From: Schizochytrium sp. TIO01
Taxonomy: Eukaryota; Protista; Bigyra: Labyrinthulomycetes
DNA: 64,000 nucleotides
Reading direction: 5' to 3'
NCBI GenBank assembly: GCA_004764695.1
Contig: SMSO01000031.1
Span: forward strand, 8,600,761 to 8,664,760
Below are positions 59,218-64,000 of the stretch, in pieces. Positions within the stretch are counted from its first letter, which is position 1; every line of letters begins with the position of its first letter. The notes beneath the pieces were generated by a model that did not search any database, had not been told where the DNA came from, and was given only the letters and a program-made list of their open reading frames with translations. A program made the translations under genes and the position numbers.

Positions 59218-59280
59218 TTTGAGCTTTGAGCTTTGAGCTTTAAGCTTTGAGCTTTGAGCTTTGAGCTTTGAGCTTTGAGC
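59218..59280. repeat. (TTTGAGC)n heptamer, ~9 units
   Basis: Direct reading, one variant TTTAAGC. Confidence 0.93.
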
Positions 59281-59863
59281 ATTGCTTTGCTTTGCTTTGC
59301 TTTTGCTCCCGTTTACAGTGGCTTTTGACTTTAAACCTTTGTTCGCTGCTATGTCTGAGTTTTGCAGCTATTTCAAGATGCACTGGAGCCTCGCTGTTCA
59401 GGCGCAGCCTGTATCAAGCACGCCCGAGCTCAATGCTCGTCACCGCCAGCGTGAGCTCCGCCACTTCGTTGTCGCGGCCTGCATTAGGATACACCATAAA
59501 CAGTCAACAGTAGAACGTGGCTCCTCAAGTGCGGTTTGCGCGTACCAATATGATAACTAAGGATCTCTGTGGATTTACGTATGAACGGCACGTACAAAGA
59601 AACAAGTGGGATACGCAGGAGCTATAGCTGGTTGCTCTTCAAGTTTCCTTCCTGTGTTAGGCGCATCTTCGTGGCGCGTGGGTGCCCTGGCTGGAGCTGG
59701 TGCAGGCGGTGCGCAGCGTAAGCGTCCGGCGCTCTGGGGTCCGCCACGCGACTGGTTCCCTCGCACTTCGACTTCAACTTCGACTTCGACTTGCTTGAGC
59801 GCTATGGTTCGCAGTCATCCGCACGAGCCTTCGCCAGCTTGCACTGCACGCGGCACGTGCCTT

Positions 59864-59921
<58 letters not shown>

Positions 59922-62900
59922 TTTTTCTTTTTTTCCTACCCATTTTCTAAAGGTAGTATAGTAAGTGGTAGGTAGGTACCAGCAGAAGGTGGAATGTAAA
60001 TGTTCCACTTAGAAGGTGCTGCCGCAAGTGAAGTATAGAGCGCCACAAGTGGAGTATAGATGTATATCCTATTGACGGGGAAACTCTCTCGCTCGCTCGC
60101 GCGTCCTTTCAGGTGCACTGGGGCCGTTGTTAGGCGATAAAGAGAACAGAAGAAAGCCGTCACAGAGCTGGAAAAGTGAACCGTTCGGCATGCGAGTAAA
60201 TTCTTCAATCCACGCCGCAACGAAAATCTTCATTGCAGTGGCCCACCGCGGTTCTTCGAGCCGCACGAAGAGAAAGCAGAAACTAGCTCCATTGCTGCCA
60301 GCATCGCTGCCGCTCGACGCCGAGAACTTGTGCAAAGAAAGAGGCTTGTTGGTTTTCTAGTTTTGTTGATTCGTGGCTTCACCATCCCACGGTCATCATT
60401 GTTGCAAACAAACGAATAAACAAACAAATAAGCATATCAAAACAGCATTACTACGACTATAATCTATAATATGATCTATCCATCTATGTATAGATAGATA
60501 TATAGTTGGCACAGTTTGAAAGAAAGACGGCTTCAGAGGTGTGGGTTCGATATCTCGTCCAAAGCACAACTCGAAGAAGCGTCCGTCTTCAAGATTCAGG
60601 CTCGGCCAGACTCTGCCAAAGCAAGCCTGCTGCTTATCGAGTCTCGGACGTCTTCTCCTGGTTTTATTGGCCTCGCGACTCGTAATTCCGCGTCCTCCAG
60701 GCCGCTTGGGCCTGTTTTCTGGGCTTATGAACGAGTCACTTCATCTCCTTCGATTTCATTTCGCTTCGTTTCATATCATGATACCAACGACACGTAAGTC
60801 TGGGGCCTAGCAGCTCCCTATCCGGGCCTAGCCCTAGGAGTGTAATCGGCCACGCGTTCTTTCAAAGGCTGGCCGCGTCTCGCTGCAAACAATTTAATAC
60901 TAACTCACTCTATGATAATAGTGCGAGTGTTCCGCTTGCTGGGCCAGTTCCAAGATTCAGGTGCAGAAATGGTTCTGTTCACCTGTTCCCTCGCGTGCAG
61001 TCTCCCCCTTTGCCTAAGTGGCGCTAGAGAGATGTAGAGTTTTTCAAGTTTGCGGAAGATTGTGAAAGAACTGCCTCGTTAGCCTATTGAAGCGGTTAAT
61101 TTTCTACTGAGAAGTAGAACAACTCTTTGAACAACGCAGTTGGAGAGTAAGGCGAAATAAACTGCCGCCGCGGAAACCGCATTTGCTTTCCAATCTGTAA
61201 ACCGCAGGTGCCGCTTGGCTTTGAGTGCGTGCATAGCTGTTGACGAGAGCCCAAGAGCTCTGTCTGCACAGAGCAGCAGCGGCGTTTCAGCTGCCAAGAG
61301 TCGAAGCAAAAGCGAAGGTTTTCCAAAGAAACCATGATTTATAGACAAGGAACAGCAAATGCCTCATCGAAGAGAAAATTTGCATCAGAACTAAAAGTCG
61401 CCCATTTTTTACGATTTTAATTTCTAAAACGTTTTTGTTTTTGTAACATTAATTTTATTTTTGTTTGAAACAAAAATGAAATAATCTAAAATAAAGAAGT
61501 TGTAGACGTTCTATTTTCAACAAGCACTTGTCTGTATAGAACGATATATACAGTGCTTCGCCGCGTGATAGAACAAGAGGGAGGAAAAGAACAAAAAAGT
61601 TTACTTTACAAGTTAGGTAGAAAGATAAAAAGTGGAAGACGGCTCCGATTTGGAACTTTGTTGCGGACTTTGAAATTTGAATTTAGATCGATCGATTTGA
61701 AGTTTCAAAACGAGGAAGAGAAAGGCGGATTTGAATTTCAAACCCAAAGCGGTCTCGCGCTGAGATCGCAGTTTGAGAGCCTGCGACCACCAACGCCAAC
61801 GCCAACGCCAATCCGCTGCGAGTAGCGGCCCGCTCATCCTCGCTCGGCGGGCCCAATGCCATGAGGATAAGGTATCCTGTCTGCCTGCTGCTTGCTTGCT
61901 TGCTTGCTTGGGGCTTCCTTCTTCGGCGATTAAATGAATCATGGATGTCCTTGGCTTCGATGCTGGAACTGCCGCTGCGATACTCGCTCGGCGCAGGCTC
62001 TCTGTGCCTGCCTGGGCTCGGCGCCTGCTTATCAGGAGTGGTGCGAGGCGTGACCGAACTTCAAGCTCGAGCTTTGGGAAAACTGAAAACTGCCTCGGGA
62101 ATCTTCGTCTCTGGAGTAGCTATAGATATCGTGTCGAGGGATTACATCTTCAAGATCAGCGCCGGGCTTTGGAATTTACTGACTCCTTGGAGGCATCGTT
62201 GATAGAAGCAGTGTTCTTCGTCCAAACTCGCTTTGATCGAAACCTTCTTCGGGATCGTCAGCAGTAAGTGCCGATGAACCTCACGGTAGGCCACGCCGCG
62301 AATCTGCAGTCCCTGCGTCGTTTAAATTTTGATGGATTGTGGCACTCACCTCATTTGCAATGGACTATGAACGCCATCGTGGAGATGCTCTCCATCATTC
62401 GAAAGTGAAGCGACTCACTTTCTTTGTCAGGAAGTTCTGCTTCTGGTCGTGGACCCTTAAAAAAGGTGGGTTAGGCTTCGACACTCCGCTCTACAGTCTA
62501 AACTCTAAAGTTTTAATTTTGGTGCTGCTCAGGCAGCTGTTGGCCGAGGACGAGCGAGATGGGTTGGCCGAGTTCTCGTAGCTGGCGCTGATTTCGTGCC
62601 GGGCGCCTGCTATGTACACCAGTGGCGCATACCTTTGTCGTCGTGGCCTTCCTTGACTTTGTCGCCGCCTGCGGAACGAAGCAGATCCCGTTCCTCGTCC
62701 TCGCTGAGCCGCCTCTCTTGGGGAAGCGACTACCTATGCAAGCAAATAAGAAAACAAGCAATCAAGTCTCCCGCTGCTCTCTTTGATCGCCCCGATCGGC
62801 GTACATCGCGCCTGGAAGTTGAACTGACGTATCGGGGTATTCTTTTTTCATCATTGTAGCCTCATCATATGCAACCTGAAGTTTGCAAAGTTGAGGCCTG

Positions 62901-64000
62901 AAACTTCTCTCGGTGGCATTGATCTACTCATATAATACTGGTATACTAGTAGAGTAGTAGAAAAGTAGAATCCTCTCATCTTCCGGCTGTGTTTTGCGCC
63001 AAGAACCATTTCTGGTGAGGCGCCTCATTCCGCAACGACGAATCCTCATCGATCAAATGTATAGTAAAAGAAGAAAAAGAAGAAGACTTTCAAAATGTAC
63101 CGCCCGCGGTGCACCAGATCAGCCTTCATATAGCCCACCGCTTCTGTTCCTGGAGCGGGACTTCTGTTGGTCAGATAATGTTTGACGAGCAAGCTCCTTT
63201 CATTCGACTGCTGCTGATGCCATTACTTCTTCTTCTTCTTCTTCTTTCCTCTCTGCAGGCGAGGCGGCGAAAACAAAAGGAACGAGCGCGTAGAGTCATA
63301 GACCATAGACGGTGTTACGTGGGTGGGTGATGATGCCATTACCGATCTCGCATCCTTGGCAAGTAGTACTACCAGTAGAGCAGCCAAACATTATGACAAG
63401 GCCAGATTCGCGCAAAGAAAGGTCGCCGCCACGAAGGAAGTTAGCATTAGTCAGCTCAAAGCAAGCCACAGGAAGTAATTCCCAGACATCTTTTCTAGCT
63501 AGAGCAAGTTGAAGAAAGAAACGCAACTAAGAGGTTTAAAATCTACATTATCGACCATGAGCTAGATTCCAGTATTCAAGTAAGTCGTTCATTACATAGC
63601 GACGCTTCTAAAAAGAGAGAGAGAGGAGTCGTCGTGATCTTTGACGCCGCCGCCACTGTGGCCTCTAAAACAAAAGTCTCACTGAGGTCCATAATAAGCT
63701 GAGGCCAAACGCGCCGTACCTCCTGCTGAATCCTCGCTTTTGGGAACTCCTCGCTTCTGCCAACTACCTCAACTAGACTCTAATATTGTCATTATTAAGC
63801 CCATCCCTCGTTTGAGCCTATCTCAAAGAGACCGCTTTTGGAGTTTGGCAGCTTTCTGGGCTGAATGCAAAAAGGTAGAACCCCACCAGTTAAAGAGAAA
63901 TTCTGTGTAAAAGCTCTGTTCTTTAGTGTTCTTTTTTCTCTCTCTTTTAAGTATTTTGGTTGAAATCTTTAAACAGAACTTTGAAAGAAAAGAAAAGAAA

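Overview
Eukaryotic genomic DNA, not prokaryotic: intron-poor genes with organellar targeting peptides, at least one GT-AG intron, and long microsatellite-rich intergenic tracts. The style fits a heterotrophic stramenopile such as a thraustochytrid (inference, not proven). A gene-dense core (~17.9-39.8 kb) encodes a LARP6-like La protein with an extra cold-shock-like domain, a PanP-type PLP-dependent decarboxylase, a PIG3-family quinone oxidoreductase, a membrane-anchored Sec14/CRAL-TRIO protein, a two-exon trypsin-fold protein with Cys at the nucleophile position, a Ser/Thr kinase and a frameshifted leucine-zipper + START-like gene. Methylmalonyl-CoA mutase (48.4-50.7 kb) and a TPR protein (53.6-54.5 kb) lie further right. 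The flanks (1-13 kb, 41-48 kb, 55-64 kb) have no convincing genes. Several decayed reading frames are present, including a tandem Myb/SANT frame interrupted by an in-frame TGA that the ORF track splits. No rRNA, tRNA, CRISPR array or intact transposase was recognised, and I see no multi-gene system. The best leads are the cellular 3C-like (GMCGG) protease, the bacterial-type PanP, the LaM-RRM-CSD-LSA and zipper-START architectures, and a hairpin cluster at ~10.94-11.14 kb. All family assignments are from motif recognition by eye; no database search was run.
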